Source: Candidatus Woesebacteria bacterium GW2011_GWB1_39_10 (GTDB taxonomy: Bacteria; Patescibacteriota; Microgenomatia; UBA8517). From it: a stretch of 64,000 nt of DNA. The stretch's first letter is position 1. Every line of letters begins with the position of its first letter. Location: NCBI GenBank assembly GCA_000993205.1, contig LBVU01000003.1, forward strand, positions 21,820 to 85,819. The letters run 5' to 3'. The notes under the pieces are model-generated. The model made no database searches. It saw only the letters and a list, made by a program, of their open reading frames with translations, and was not told where the DNA came from. The translations under genes were made by a program, and so were the position numbers. Shown in pieces: positions 9,490 to 19,675 of this stretch.

Positions 9490-11022
9490 TCAGTCTTGGT
9501 TTTTAGGTCTATATTGTAAAGCTTCCGCAATATGAACAGTTAGTATTTCTTTTTCTCCAGCCAGGTCGGCTATAGTCCTGGCAATTTTAATTACCTTAAA
9601 ATAACTGCGGGCGGAAAGATCCATTGTTGCAACCGCGCTTGTTAAAATCACGCGACAATCTTCCGACAAATCACAAAATTCTTTAACACTGCGTGTGCTC
9701 ATTTCGGAGTTGGATTTTAATTTAGTTCCTTCAAATCGTTTTAGTTGCATTCTGCGAGCTCTTTGTACCCTTTTTTGTATCTCTTTTGAGCTCTCACTTT
9801 TTCGCTTTTCGCTCCTCGATATTAGTTTCTGAGTTTCCACCGATGGAACATCAACATGAATATCTATTCTGTCCAAAATCGGACCCGAAATTCTGTGCTG
9901 ATAACGGGAGATATTTCCCGGCAAACAGGTACAAGCTCGTTTTGTATCTCCAAAATATCCACAAGGGCAGGGATTACTGGCGGCAACCAAAAGAAAATTG
10001 GCAGGATAAGTTACACTTCCTTTGGCCCGGGATATTGAAACGACAGAATCCTCCATTGGCTGCCTAAGTGACTCTAAAACATTTCTGGGGAACTCCGGAA
10101 ATTCATCCAAAAACAAAATCCCACGGTGGGCCAAAGAAATTTCCCCAGGCATCGGATTTGTTCCGCCACCTATTAAACCTATTCGGCTTGTAGTGTGGTG
10201 CGGGCTTCTGAAAGGACGTTTTGTAATTATTGATTCTCCTTCAGGGAGGTTGCCTGTTATGGAATAGATTTTTGTGACCTCTAGTGCCTCATCTTCTGTT
10301 AATGTCGGCAAAATTCCGGGTAATGCCCGTGCTAACATTGTTTTACCGCTCCCCGGAGTTCCTTTCATAAAAATGTTGTGATTTCCCGCCGCGGCAATCT
10401 CCATTGCCCGCTTGGCTTGTTCCTGGCCGACTACTTCGCTAAAATCAAATTCTGCTTCCCCAACAACTAAAAGTTTTTTAAGACTGATTTTTGGAGCGGG
10501 TTCAATTTCAATGGTCTTATGAAAATAACGCACCAATGTCAAAAGGGAATCAATTGCATATACCTCAATTCCGGGCACTACCGCCGCCTCAGTCTCATTT
10601 ACTTTGGGAACAAAAACACGCTTCATTCCTTTAATTTTTGCCAGATACGCCATGGGCAAAATTCCATTTGTATGGCGCAAGCTTCCGTCAAGTGAAAGTT
10701 CACCAAAAAATAATGCGTCGCTAATCTCCGGCGCAATTTGGCCCGACGCTACTAAAATTCCAAGGGCTATCGGAAGATCGTATGCAGGCCCCGCCTTTGG
10801 CAAGTCGGCAGGAGCAAGATTGACTGTAATCCTATTTATAGGAAAATCTGCCCCGGAATTTTTAATCGCACTTCTTACTCTTTCCTTAGATTCTTCAACA
10901 GCTTTATCGGGAAGACCTACAATTGTAAAACTCGGAAGCCCTTGTTCCGCAACATCAACTTCAACATCAACCAAAGTTGCGGTAAGTCCAACCGTAGCTC
11001 CCGAGGTAATTTTGGCAAGCAT
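9490..11022 (-). CDS. comM: YifB/ComM family Mg-chelatase-like AAA+ ATPase
   Basis: Walker A GTPGSGKT, ChlI-like domain, C-terminal HTH-like region. Confidence 0.8.
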   Translation of the reverse strand: MLAKITSGATVGLTATLVDVEVDVAEQGLPSFTIVGLPDKAVEESKERVRSAIKNSGADFPINRITVNLAPADLPKAGPAYDLPIALGILVASGQIAPEISDALFFGELSLDGSLRHTNGILPMAYLAKIKGMKRVFVPKVNETEAAVVPGIEVYAIDSLLTLVRYFHKTIEIEPAPKISLKKLLVVGEAEFDFSEVVGQEQAKRAMEIAAAGNHNIFMKGTPGSGKTMLARALPGILPTLTEDEALEVTKIYSITGNLPEGESIITKRPFRSPHHTTSRIGLIGGGTNPMPGEISLAHRGILFLDEFPEFPRNVLESLRQPMEDSVVSISRAKGSVTYPANFLLVAASNPCPCGYFGDTKRACTCLPGNISRYQHRISGPILDRIDIHVDVPSVETQKLISRSEKRKSESSKEIQKRVQRARRMQLKRFEGTKLKSNSEMSTRSVKEFCDLSEDCRVILTSAVATMDLSARSYFKVIKIARTIADLAGEKEILTVHIAEALQYRPKNQD

Positions 11023-11075
11023 GTAATTAGTATCACTATATCAAAACTTGATAATCATTCAAAATCGGAGGCATT

Positions 11076-11813
11076 ATGTTACAATACCACTGGCCCGTGA
11101 ACAAAAAACTCAAATACAAAAGAGTGCTTCTAAAACTTTCCGGAGAGTTATTTGGCGAAAAGGACGGAAAAGGCATTGGTTTTGAAAACTTCGAAAGAAT
11201 TGCAGAACAGATATATAAAATTTGGAAAACAACCGGTGTAGAACTTACCATAGTTGTCGGTGGCGGAAATATTTTTAGGGGCAGAGAGAGATCGACCGAT
11301 GTGGATGAAGCTTCCGCAGATTACATAGGTATGTTGGGGACTATAATAAACGGTATCGCGCTCCAGGATGCGCTGGAACGGACCGGCGCCCCAACCAGAA
11401 TGATGACGGCCTTTGAGATAAAATCGGTAGCAGAACCGTATATAAGGAGGCGCGCGATAAGACACATTGATAAAGGAAGAATTGTAATATTCACGGCCGG
11501 AACCGGAAATCCGTTCTTCACTACAGATAGCGGAGCGGCTCTAAGGGCAATAGAAATGCACTGCGATGTAATTTTAAAGGCCACTAACGTTGACGGAGTA
11601 TATTCGGAAGATCCAAAAGCGAATCCGAATGCGACATTTTACGAGAAACTGACTTACCAAAAGGCAATAGAGAAAAATCTAAAAGTGATGGATGCAACAG
11701 CCTTTGCTCTCTGCCAAAAACACAATATGCCGATTATTGTTTTTAATATTAATAAACTTAAAAATCTGGACAAAATTCTTCAGGGAGAAAAAACTGGAAC
11801 GCTGGTGTCCTAG
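11076..11813 (+). CDS. pyrH: UMP kinase
   Basis: KRVLLKLSGE...GGGNIFRG motifs. GGAGG Shine-Dalgarno present. Confidence 0.85.
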   Translation: MLQYHWPVNKKLKYKRVLLKLSGELFGEKDGKGIGFENFERIAEQIYKIWKTTGVELTIVVGGGNIFRGRERSTDVDEASADYIGMLGTIINGIALQDALERTGAPTRMMTAFEIKSVAEPYIRRRAIRHIDKGRIVIFTAGTGNPFFTTDSGAALRAIEMHCDVILKATNVDGVYSEDPKANPNATFYEKLTYQKAIEKNLKVMDATAFALCQKHNMPIIVFNINKLKNLDKILQGEKTGTLVS

Positions 11814-11839
11814 GATTAGCACAATGACCTATAATATCT

Positions 11840-11868
11840 TTGATTATTCCAGTTTATTCTGTTATACT
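11840..11868 (+). promoter_or_regulatory. sigma70-like promoter for rnpB (TTGATT-N17-TATACT)
   Basis: The -10 element ends about 6 nt before the predicted RNase P RNA 5' end. Confidence 0.45.
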
Positions 11869-11872
11869 TGCC

Positions 11873-12266
11873 TCACTCTAGAGAAAGGATGATCGCCCTG
11901 AGCGAAGCAGCTTTATGCTGAGTCAAATGGGGAGGAAAGTCCAGGCAGCAGAAAAGCAGGGTGTCCAGCGTAAGCTGGAGAGGTCATGAGATGTCCGCGA
12001 GGCTATCTCACGGCCGCCAGTTAGAGCCACAGAGACTATGTCGATTTTCCTACCCTAAAGGTAGGGAGAAACGAGTGAAAAGAGGCAATCCTCCCCGCTG
12101 CAACCTCCGAAAGGCCCGCCCCTTACCGGGCGAAACCGCTTTCAAAAAATCTTAAGAGAAATCTTAAGAGGCGGGCCGAAGTTCGAGGGCGTTAGATGGA
12201 TGATCGTCAAACCCTGAAATTTGTTCAGGGCCTAACAGAACCTGGCTTACTACTCTCTAGAGTACG
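11873..12266 (+). ncRNA. rnpB: RNase P RNA (bacterial type A)
   Basis: P4 strands GGAGGAAAGTCCAGGC and ACAGAACCTGGCTTA. TTAGATGGATGATCGTC matches the P15-P18 region. P1 pairs 11875-11884 with 12254-12263. Confidence 0.85.
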
Positions 12267-12270
12267 ATTT

Positions 12271-12300
12271 ACCCCTCCGTAAGGAGGGGTTTTTGTTTGT
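12271..12300 (+). terminator. rho-independent terminator after rnpB (CCCCTCC-GTAA-GGAGGGG-TTTTT)
   Basis: Perfect 7-bp GC stem with a GNRA loop and a T-run. Confidence 0.75.
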
Positions 12301-12306
12301 GGATAT

Positions 12307-13281
12307 CTAATCCTTAATAAGGTATTCTTGTGCCAAAACTTGAAGAGTGATTACAAAAGGAACAGAGATTATCATTCCCACCACTCCGGCCAGCCTTTCT
12401 CCGATCGCAAAAGCCAAAAGAATAATAATAGGAGAAACTCCAACCGATTTCCCCATTATCTTTGGTACAAATACATAGTTCTCAAGCTGTTGAACCAGAA
12501 GCGCCATGATTACAACCCCAAAACCGGTAACAGGGGAAATCCCAAAACCAATCAAAACTCCGGGAATGGCTGCAACAATCGGTCCCAGATACGGAATTAC
12601 TTCGAACAAACCCGCCAGAATTGCCAAAGGCAGGGCAAAAGGCATTCCTAAAACTGTCAACCCAATATAGTTAAGCATACCAACAAGAAACATTAAAGAA
12701 AGCTCGCCTCTTGCCCAGCCTCCTAATTTTCCTTCAAGTCTGGCCAATAGATCAACCAATTTCCCGGCTTTTTCTGAACCAAAGAAAAGTCCCAGTTGTT
12801 CATCCAACTTATTCCTGGAAAGAAGCAAATAAAAAGTAAAAACCAAGACTGCCAAAACCGATACCACATTAGCTAAAAGGCTTGCTCCAAACACCAGAAG
12901 CTGTCCCGGAATGCTCCCAACCCTTGTAAAAAACTCACGATTTACTTCCGAGCTAACTACGGGTGGTATACCTAACTGGGAAATATATCCCGGAAGTGAA
13001 TTTGCAAAATTTGTTGTCTGTTCTACAAGCGGAGGCGCCAAAAGCGCAATAATTCCGCCAAGAAGGCTGAAAATCAAAATGTAGGATGAAAGAATGGCCA
13101 GTCCTCTGGGAATTTTGAAAGATGCCAGTTTTGTAACAAAGGGATCAAGAATTGTAGTAAAAAGAAGGGCTATAAAAAGCTGCAAAAGCAGATCTTTTAT
13201 ATAAAAAAGGAACCATAAAAATATTAAAAAGAAAACTGAAAAAATTATTGTTTTATGGGAAATCTCGACTTTGCGCGGCAT
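12307..13281 (-). CDS. AI-2E family transporter (PerM-like)
   Basis: Multi-TM protein with the family-typical C-terminal region. Start trimmed to an internal Met to avoid overlap with miaA. Confidence 0.7.
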   Translation of the reverse strand: MPRKVEISHKTIIFSVFFLIFLWFLFYIKDLLLQLFIALLFTTILDPFVTKLASFKIPRGLAILSSYILIFSLLGGIIALLAPPLVEQTTNFANSLPGYISQLGIPPVVSSEVNREFFTRVGSIPGQLLVFGASLLANVVSVLAVLVFTFYLLLSRNKLDEQLGLFFGSEKAGKLVDLLARLEGKLGGWARGELSLMFLVGMLNYIGLTVLGMPFALPLAILAGLFEVIPYLGPIVAAIPGVLIGFGISPVTGFGVVIMALLVQQLENYVFVPKIMGKSVGVSPIIILLAFAIGERLAGVVGMIISVPFVITLQVLAQEYLIKD

Positions 13282-13282
13282 G

Positions 13283-14254
13283 TTATGCCTGATTATACCA
13301 TTTTTTGACCAAACTTTCCACATTAATCAAAAATTCAGGATCTGTTATGTCAAACCACGTTATTCTTCTGTCTTTTTTGAACCAAACCATCTGGCGCTTG
13401 GCGTACCGTACTTCGTCTCTCGCCCACTCAGCGAGTATTTGGTCTTCAGTGACATCTCCCTCAAAATAGTCTCGCCACAACCCATATCCCATGGCCATCA
13501 TGGCTTGGTTTTCCCAAGTAACCCCACTTTTTAACAAATTCTCAACTTCCGTTTTTATTCCTTTGTCTAATCTATCTATTACCCGTTTTACAATTCTTCT
13601 ATCGATGAATTCCTTAGGCGCGGTCAGACCAATACGCAAAACGTCAAAATTGTTTCCGATTGTGTGACGCGCGGATGTTACGAATTTTTTTGTAAGTTGA
13701 TATTGGGCAATTTCTATTGCCCGTACTAAACGCCTCGGATTTTTCTTATCGGAAGAATTAAAAGACCCTGCTTTGAGAGAATCTAGTTGAGATAGTTTTT
13801 CGTAAAGTTCATTTACCGATTTTCCTTCCAAATTTTTTCGAAGTTTATTATTCTTTGGAACATCTGCAGTATCGATCCCATCAATTACTCCCCTTATATA
13901 AAGACCTGTTCCCCCAACCAAGATGGGAAAAGCGCCCCGTTTTGAAATATCGTCGATAATACGATGCGCGATTTTGAGATATTGAGCTACACTGAATTCA
14001 CCTTTTGGATCGACAAGATCATATCCCCAGATTTTAATCCCTTCTGCTTCATAATACCCTCCCAATTTTGAATTATTAATTATTAATTTTGAGTTAACGG
14101 GAAGATCCTTCCCGGTTCCGATATTCATTATTTTGTAAACTTGGCGTGAGTCGGCCGAAACAATTTCTCCATTTAACTTTTTGGCAATTTTGATAGCCAG
14201 TGAAGTTTTGCCGGTTGATGTTGGGCCGCAAATTACAAGCAATTTTTTTGTCAT
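13283..14254 (-). CDS. miaA: tRNA dimethylallyltransferase
   Basis: P-loop VICGPTSTGKT and an IPP-transferase fold-length ORF. Confidence 0.85.
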   Translation of the reverse strand: MTKKLLVICGPTSTGKTSLAIKIAKKLNGEIVSADSRQVYKIMNIGTGKDLPVNSKLIINNSKLGGYYEAEGIKIWGYDLVDPKGEFSVAQYLKIAHRIIDDISKRGAFPILVGGTGLYIRGVIDGIDTADVPKNNKLRKNLEGKSVNELYEKLSQLDSLKAGSFNSSDKKNPRRLVRAIEIAQYQLTKKFVTSARHTIGNNFDVLRIGLTAPKEFIDRRIVKRVIDRLDKGIKTEVENLLKSGVTWENQAMMAMGYGLWRDYFEGDVTEDQILAEWARDEVRYAKRQMVWFKKDRRITWFDITDPEFLINVESLVKKWYNQA

Positions 14255-14261
14255 GTGTTTG

Positions 14262-15050
14262 TTAACTGCTTGCGCTGGCGTATTTTTTCAAAGCGTAATT
14301 CCAAAATCTAAATGAGAGAAAAAGCGCGAGAACTCCTATAAACATAGATATTAGTATTCCTCCTCCACTAACCAGTCCCATCAACGCCTTTGCCGGAAAG
14401 GTTATCATAATTCCGACCGGAATCAAATATGTTAAAAGTCCCTGGACCGGTTGCTTATAAATATCTACCGGAAATCTGCCAAAAGAAGTTAGATCCCGGT
14501 AAATCATTATTGTATGATCAATTTCCAATGTAATTATTCCCATGGCAAGAACTGCTATGTGGAAAGCTGCAGCAATCAGGAAGCCATTTACAATAAGCAG
14601 TACAAAGTACAAAGTACTTAGTATAGAGGGGTGAAACAGGGAACCGGCATACCAGGTTGCGATGATAAGAGGTGGAATCGTAAAAAAGTCTATTGCATCC
14701 GCCCCACCCAAAAGCGAAACGAATAACGCGTTAGTCGGTTTAACCAAAGTTAAATCAAAATCACCAGAGATTATCTTTGGTCTAAAACGGTAAACCTCCC
14801 TAAAGAAAAATTGCGACAATACATCCACCAAATTGAAAACAAGGAAGAAAAAAATCGCTTGGTTACCGGAATACCCGGCAAGACCATTTGTCCCTTGTAT
14901 TAAAAAATATAGAAAGCCAATAAACAAAGAAAATCTAAGTACTTTACCAGTCAAAAAAAACAATAATGCAACTCTTTGTCCAAGTACTATAGAAAATGAA
15001 TTTCTGGTTAATAACCACCAAATTTTAGAATAATATTTGAGTTTTTTCAT
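14262..15050 (-). CDS. ABC-2 family transporter permease
   Basis: Six-TM permease in an operon with an ABC ATPase. Confidence 0.6.
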   Translation of the reverse strand: MKKLKYYSKIWWLLTRNSFSIVLGQRVALLFFLTGKVLRFSLFIGFLYFLIQGTNGLAGYSGNQAIFFFLVFNLVDVLSQFFFREVYRFRPKIISGDFDLTLVKPTNALFVSLLGGADAIDFFTIPPLIIATWYAGSLFHPSILSTLYFVLLIVNGFLIAAAFHIAVLAMGIITLEIDHTIMIYRDLTSFGRFPVDIYKQPVQGLLTYLIPVGIMITFPAKALMGLVSGGGILISMFIGVLALFLSFRFWNYALKKYASASS

Positions 15051-15056
15051 AGAGTC

Positions 15057-15077
15057 ATCCTGAATTGATTTCAGGAT
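15057..15077 (-). promoter_or_regulatory. intercistronic hairpin ATCCTGAA-N5-TTCAGGAT enclosing the SD-like AGGA
   Basis: Lies exactly between the stop of the upstream permease and the start of the downstream one. Same motif recurs in the ribosomal operons. Confidence 0.5.
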
Positions 15078-15881
15078 CTAACGTCCAAATGCCTGATATT
15101 CCTTAAGACCCCTACTCCAAACATATCTCATTGCTAAATAGAGAGCTACTGCCCAAGCTATCGATATCACAAAACCCTGTATTAGCGACATTCCCGTGAT
15201 TTTACCCAAGTAAACCTGAACCGGAAAAAATATCATATAAGGGAAAGGTAGCGACATCACAATTTTTTGGTAAACGCCGGGCAAAATATCTATGGGGAAT
15301 ACCGCTCCGGACAAAAATTCCAACATTACAATGATTACCAAAAATTGAGACCCCCACCCAAGTTCCGGTGCCCAAAAAGGAACTGCTGAAATTATAAAAA
15401 GAAGTGAAAAATAAATCAGTATCGCTAAAACTATCGCCATTAGAAATGATAGAAAGACGTAAATGTTGGTTTGAAAAAAGAATGGGGGTTTTAAAATTAC
15501 AAAAAGTATAGCAAATTCTCCTGCTGCAAAAAAAAGGTTTAACACCTTGCTGGCAATGTCGCGGGTAAACCAATATTTAAAATAACTCATTGGTCGGATA
15601 AGATAATTGGAAAGGTTTCCTTCAGCAACATCGCTTGAAACGTCCACCGCCCGCGCTGAAAGGACTATTGAACGAACTATGATGAGTGTAAAAATATATG
15701 TCATAATTTTTGCCCTGTCATAACCAAAGACCTCTCTCCCCGGAGCGGAAAAAATAGTATCCCAAAGGTAATACGTGACAATTATTTGAAAAACATTTCG
15801 AACCCTCCACATTACGAAGTTAATTTTGTAAGTAAATTCTTCCTGAAAAGAAATTTTGAAGATCTGGAAATATTTATTCAT
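15078..15881 (-). CDS. ABC-2 family transporter permease
   Basis: Multi-TM protein overlapping the ATPase gene by 4 nt. Confidence 0.6.
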   Translation of the reverse strand: MNKYFQIFKISFQEEFTYKINFVMWRVRNVFQIIVTYYLWDTIFSAPGREVFGYDRAKIMTYIFTLIIVRSIVLSARAVDVSSDVAEGNLSNYLIRPMSYFKYWFTRDIASKVLNLFFAAGEFAILFVILKPPFFFQTNIYVFLSFLMAIVLAILIYFSLLFIISAVPFWAPELGWGSQFLVIIVMLEFLSGAVFPIDILPGVYQKIVMSLPFPYMIFFPVQVYLGKITGMSLIQGFVISIAWAVALYLAMRYVWSRGLKEYQAFGR

Positions 15882-16867
15882 TTTCCGAAAATGCCACCTT
15901 TAAAGACTTTGCGGATCACATCCTCTATAGGAATCTCCTCTATCGTCAAATCGTCAACGGCAAAGTTTTGCAAAAGTTCGGCCGCCGCAACTGCGATTGC
16001 GTTTCTTGGTACCGAAATAACAACTTCCGGGAAGGCCAGTTTTCTGACCTTTCCGATTTTCTCAAGGTCGACAATTCCGTCACTTTTTGCCAGAGTTGCT
16101 TTAATGATTTTTTCTTTGGCAAATTTTTCAACCAACTCCTCAAGTGCCCCGTCAAATAATATCTTTCCTTCATCCACCACTATTACACGTCTGGCCAGGT
16201 CGACAAGGTCGTCCATGTTGTGTGAAGTCAAAATTATTGTAGCCTGATATTTCCTATTGTATTCATATATGAAGTCGCGCATTTTTTGCTGGGCAACAAG
16301 ATCCAGACCAATTGTGGGTTCGTCTAAAAATAAAACCTTCGGTTTATGAAGAAGCGCCGCAGTTAATTCCATCCGCATCCGCTGACCCAATGAAAGTTTT
16401 CTAACTGGGATATTTATAAGTTTTCCAATTTCCAGAAGTTCAACAAGTTCTTTAAGATTGTCTTCATATTCCCTAGTGTTAAGTTCGTAAATTGCACGGT
16501 TTAGTTCAAAAGTCTCAATCGCCGGAAGATCCCACCAAAGTTGATTTTTTTGACCCATGACGAGCGCAATTTGTTTTAAAAATTCCGGTTTCCTTTCCCA
16601 TGGGTCATACTCCATTACGCTAACAAAACCGCTGGTGGGATAAAGAAGGCCGGATAAAGTTTTTAGAGTTGTAGTCTTTCCAGCTCCGTTTGGCCCTATA
16701 AACCCAACAAGCTCGCCTGTTTGAATAGAAAAAGAAACTCCCCGCAAGGCATGCACCTGTTTTTTCGTTGGAGAAAAAAGAGACTTCACAGCTCCCGTTA
16801 AACCCGGTTCTTTTTGAATAACCTCAAAATTTTTTACGAGGTGGTCAACAATAATGGCACGATCCAT
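15878..16867 (-). CDS. ABC transporter ATP-binding protein
   Basis: Walker A GPNGAGKTT, signature LSLGQRMR, Walker B LFLDEPT. Confidence 0.85.
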   Translation of the reverse strand: MDRAIIVDHLVKNFEVIQKEPGLTGAVKSLFSPTKKQVHALRGVSFSIQTGELVGFIGPNGAGKTTTLKTLSGLLYPTSGFVSVMEYDPWERKPEFLKQIALVMGQKNQLWWDLPAIETFELNRAIYELNTREYEDNLKELVELLEIGKLINIPVRKLSLGQRMRMELTAALLHKPKVLFLDEPTIGLDLVAQQKMRDFIYEYNRKYQATIILTSHNMDDLVDLARRVIVVDEGKILFDGALEELVEKFAKEKIIKATLAKSDGIVDLEKIGKVRKLAFPEVVISVPRNAIAVAAAELLQNFAVDDLTIEEIPIEDVIRKVFKGGIFGK

Positions 16868-16969
16868 AACCCAAGTATAACACTAGCTAATAACTAAAAT
16901 CTAAAAACTAATAATCATAACTCAAAACTTAAAACCATAAGATTTTAGATATAAATTTTTAGTTATTAA

Positions 16970-17245
16970 TTATCTCGCTACTTGTCTTTTTAGTTTCTTC
17001 CCTGGGGTGAAACGGGGGGATCTATGAGATTTAATAGTAACCAATTTTTCTGTCCTGGGAATCTTAACGGTCTTGCCTTTCATTGAAATAACTCTAAATG
17101 TTCCAAATCCTGAAAGTACAACCTTTTCACCTTTTGATAAAATACGTCCGATTTCGTTAAGAAATACTTCAACAGCTTCATCAGCAGCTTTTTTAGTAAG
17201 ATGCGCTTTCCTTGCCACTTGATCAATCAAATCGCCTTTTGTCAT
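16970..17245 (-). CDS. hup: DNA-binding protein HU
   Basis: MTKGDLIDQVA...GFGTF...RNP-like arm. Start set at the internal Met. Confidence 0.8.
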   Translation of the reverse strand: MTKGDLIDQVARKAHLTKKAADEAVEVFLNEIGRILSKGEKVVLSGFGTFRVISMKGKTVKIPRTEKLVTIKSHRSPRFTPGKKLKRQVAR

Positions 17246-17303
17246 GTTCGTGTCAAGAATACGGCAAATATTATTAATTGTCAAGCAAACCTGCCACTAA
17301 ATT

Positions 17304-18467
17304 TTATTTAGCAGAAGTTGTTTCGGTGGCGCGGACTTCGCGGATAACAGAAACTTTAATTTGTCCTGCATATTCTGCCTCTTTTTCCAACTTTCTAGCT
17401 ATATCATGGGCTAAAACCGTAAGTTTGTCGTCATCAACTTCGTCCGGATTAACTATCACACGAACATCCCGACCGGCCTGGAATGCAAATACTTGGTCCA
17501 CCCCGGGAAAACCTTTGGAGACTTCTTCGATCTTGCTCATTCTTTTGATATAACCTTCATGAGGTTCGTAACGGGCGCCGGGACGACTGCCGGAAATTGC
17601 ATCCGCCATCCAGACGATTACGGATTCGTTGGATGAGAAAGGTCTATCTTCATGATGTTCTGCCACACAAGCAATAACTTCTTTGGGTAGTCCGTATTTC
17701 TTAAGAAGGTTTACACCGAGTTCTATGTGATTCCCTTCTTCGTCAGTTACAATTTTACCAACGTCATGGAGTAAACATCCTAGTCGCACCACATCTGCAT
17801 TGGCGCCGACTTCCTGAGCAATAGCGATTCCCATTTTTGTCTCTTCTATGGTGTGAATTCCCAAATTTTGCCCATATGAAGTTCTGAATCTGAAACGTCC
17901 AATAAGTCTCATTAGTTCTACCGGCAAATTGTAAACTCCACATTCGTGAGTGATTTTCTTTCCCTCTTCCAAAAGCACATCTTCCATGCTGGCCTTTACC
18001 TGGCGGATAACTTCTTCAATCCTTGAAGGCTGAATTCTTGCGTCTTTGATAAGGATTTCCAAGGCGCGCTTGGCAATTTCACGCCTTACGGCATCGAATG
18101 AAGAAAGCCGAATATCGTTTGTTTCGTCGATTTCAATTTCGACCCCAGCCTCTTTTTCGAAAGTACGGATGTTCCTGCCCCCCGCGCCAATGATTCTACC
18201 TTTGGCGTCCTCGTTAGGAACGGTGACGGAGGAAACTGTGTATTCGGCAACGTAACCGGTAGCACCCTGCTTCATGGCATCGAGAAGAATATCGAGGGAT
18301 TTTTCATGGACCTCCTCTTTAATCTTTTCTTCAGCGGCCCTGATTTTTTTTGCAATCTCCCCCGTGAGTTCCTTTTGAACTTCATCGAGTAAGGCCTTTT
18401 TGGCCTCATCCACAGTAAGCTTGGCAACTTTGGCCAACTTTTCTTTGTATTCGTCTTGTATATTCAT
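17304..18467 (-). CDS. rny: ribonuclease Y (no N-terminal membrane anchor)
   Basis: Coiled-coil N-terminus, KH motif GRIIGAGGRNIR, HD motif LLHDVGK. Confidence 0.75.
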   Translation of the reverse strand: MNIQDEYKEKLAKVAKLTVDEAKKALLDEVQKELTGEIAKKIRAAEEKIKEEVHEKSLDILLDAMKQGATGYVAEYTVSSVTVPNEDAKGRIIGAGGRNIRTFEKEAGVEIEIDETNDIRLSSFDAVRREIAKRALEILIKDARIQPSRIEEVIRQVKASMEDVLLEEGKKITHECGVYNLPVELMRLIGRFRFRTSYGQNLGIHTIEETKMGIAIAQEVGANADVVRLGCLLHDVGKIVTDEEGNHIELGVNLLKKYGLPKEVIACVAEHHEDRPFSSNESVIVWMADAISGSRPGARYEPHEGYIKRMSKIEEVSKGFPGVDQVFAFQAGRDVRVIVNPDEVDDDKLTVLAHDIARKLEKEAEYAGQIKVSVIREVRATETTSAK

Positions 18468-18473
18468 GATTAA

Positions 18474-18518
18474 TAGGGTCCGACCTTATTATGGCGCCCT
18501 GAAAAGGTCGGACCCTTT
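18474..18518. repeat. REP-like hairpin AGGGTCCGACCTT-N19-AAGGTCGGACCCT
   Basis: Perfect 13-bp stem. A second family member lies at 20355-20404 with a compensatory centre swap. Confidence 0.55.
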
Positions 18519-18646
18519 CAAAGCAAAGTCAGAAAGAATAACCCTTATATAAGAGTTTCGGCGAAAGAAGCAAAATTATCGGCTCTTTGTACCATTTTCT
18601 TTGACTCTGAAGACGATTATATCACAAAAACTTCAAAAATATCCAC

Positions 18647-19060
18647 CTAGGATAGTAAGGCTGACATTTGTATTTGAGCTGGAATTTTTTCCAAAAGCTC
18701 AGTCGATGGAATTCCGTCTTTGCTTAGAGCCTGACACGCCAATTTCCATTCCTCTTCAAGACAAAAACGAAAGAAACTGGCCCTTCCCGGATCTTGTACT
18801 AAAAATTTCTTGTAATCAGCATAATCCGCAATGCCTTTAGAGGTTGGTCGATCAACCAGTGAACGACTGGCTTTTAAAACAACAGCTGTTTCGACAGCTT
18901 TTTGTAACGAGTAAGCATTTGGGTCATCAAGGTACGCGTTCCACTCTTTTTTTAAATAACCGATGTTTGTGGCATGGTCGCCTGCGTTCTTTTCGGTATC
19001 AGCCACCACCTGTTTATAATCTATTGCAGCTTGTGAAATAGTCTCTGTCATTTGCGTCAT
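18647..19060 (-). CDS. hypothetical protein
   Basis: ORF only. Confidence 0.4.
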   Translation of the reverse strand: MTQMTETISQAAIDYKQVVADTEKNAGDHATNIGYLKKEWNAYLDDPNAYSLQKAVETAVVLKASRSLVDRPTSKGIADYADYKKFLVQDPGRASFFRFCLEEEWKLACQALSKDGIPSTELLEKIPAQIQMSALLS

Positions 19061-19279
19061 TATAACATTTCACTCAATATTACAAAACCTCCACACCACA
19101 CCCAAACCTTTTTGGCCAAATATTGGAATCGCTCTGTTCTGCATCTGTCACTACTATAATTCGAATCATGGTAGTGAAACATTTTGCTATTTTGGTACTT
19201 GACCAATTTAAAGTCATACCTTAAATCGGCCAACTTAATTTGTTAGTAATTTACCAGATTAATGCAGTATTATTAATGC

Positions 19280-19368
19280 GTCATTGCGAACGAAGTGAAG
19301 CAATCCGGTTTAGATTGCTTCGTCGCAGACTCCTCGCAATGACATAACATAGTCGCTCGCAATGACAC
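19280..19368. repeat. nested inverted and direct repeats (GTCATTGCGA / GAAGCAATC / GATTGCTTCG / TCGCAATGACA) upstream of the GIY-YIG gene
   Basis: Seen in the sequence. The motif TCGCAATGACAC recurs at 19692-19703. Confidence 0.5.
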
Positions 19369-19375
19369 ACGGATT

Positions 19376-19666
19376 ATGACTAAGTATTATTATATTTACA
19401 TAATTACAAATGTTAAAAATACAGTTTTATACACAGGGGTAACTGGAAACTTAGTAGCCAGAATTTATCATCACAAAAATAAATCAGTATCTTCATTCAG
19501 TAATAAATACAATTTAAACAAACTTGTGTATTACAAAGTTTATGAAGATGTGAATTCGGCCATTGCCAGGGAAAAACAAATCAAGGCTGGGAGTAGAAAA
19601 AAGAAAATAGATTTAATTATTAATTTCAATCCTGAATGGAAAGATTTATACGATACTTTATCTTAA
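19376..19666 (+). CDS. small stand-alone GIY-YIG nuclease family protein (UPF0213/YhbQ-like)
   Basis: YIYIITN...LYTGVTGNL..R..HH ... AIAREKQIK motifs. Confidence 0.75.
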   Translation: MTKYYYIYIITNVKNTVLYTGVTGNLVARIYHHKNKSVSSFSNKYNLNKLVYYKVYEDVNSAIAREKQIKAGSRKKKIDLIINFNPEWKDLYDTLS

Positions 19667-19675
19667 ATGGAGACA

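Noticed and set aside
11961-12155. 64-aa ORF in the track
   Set aside because: Lies wholly inside the RNase P RNA. Its arginine- and proline-rich translation is typical of GC-rich structured RNA.
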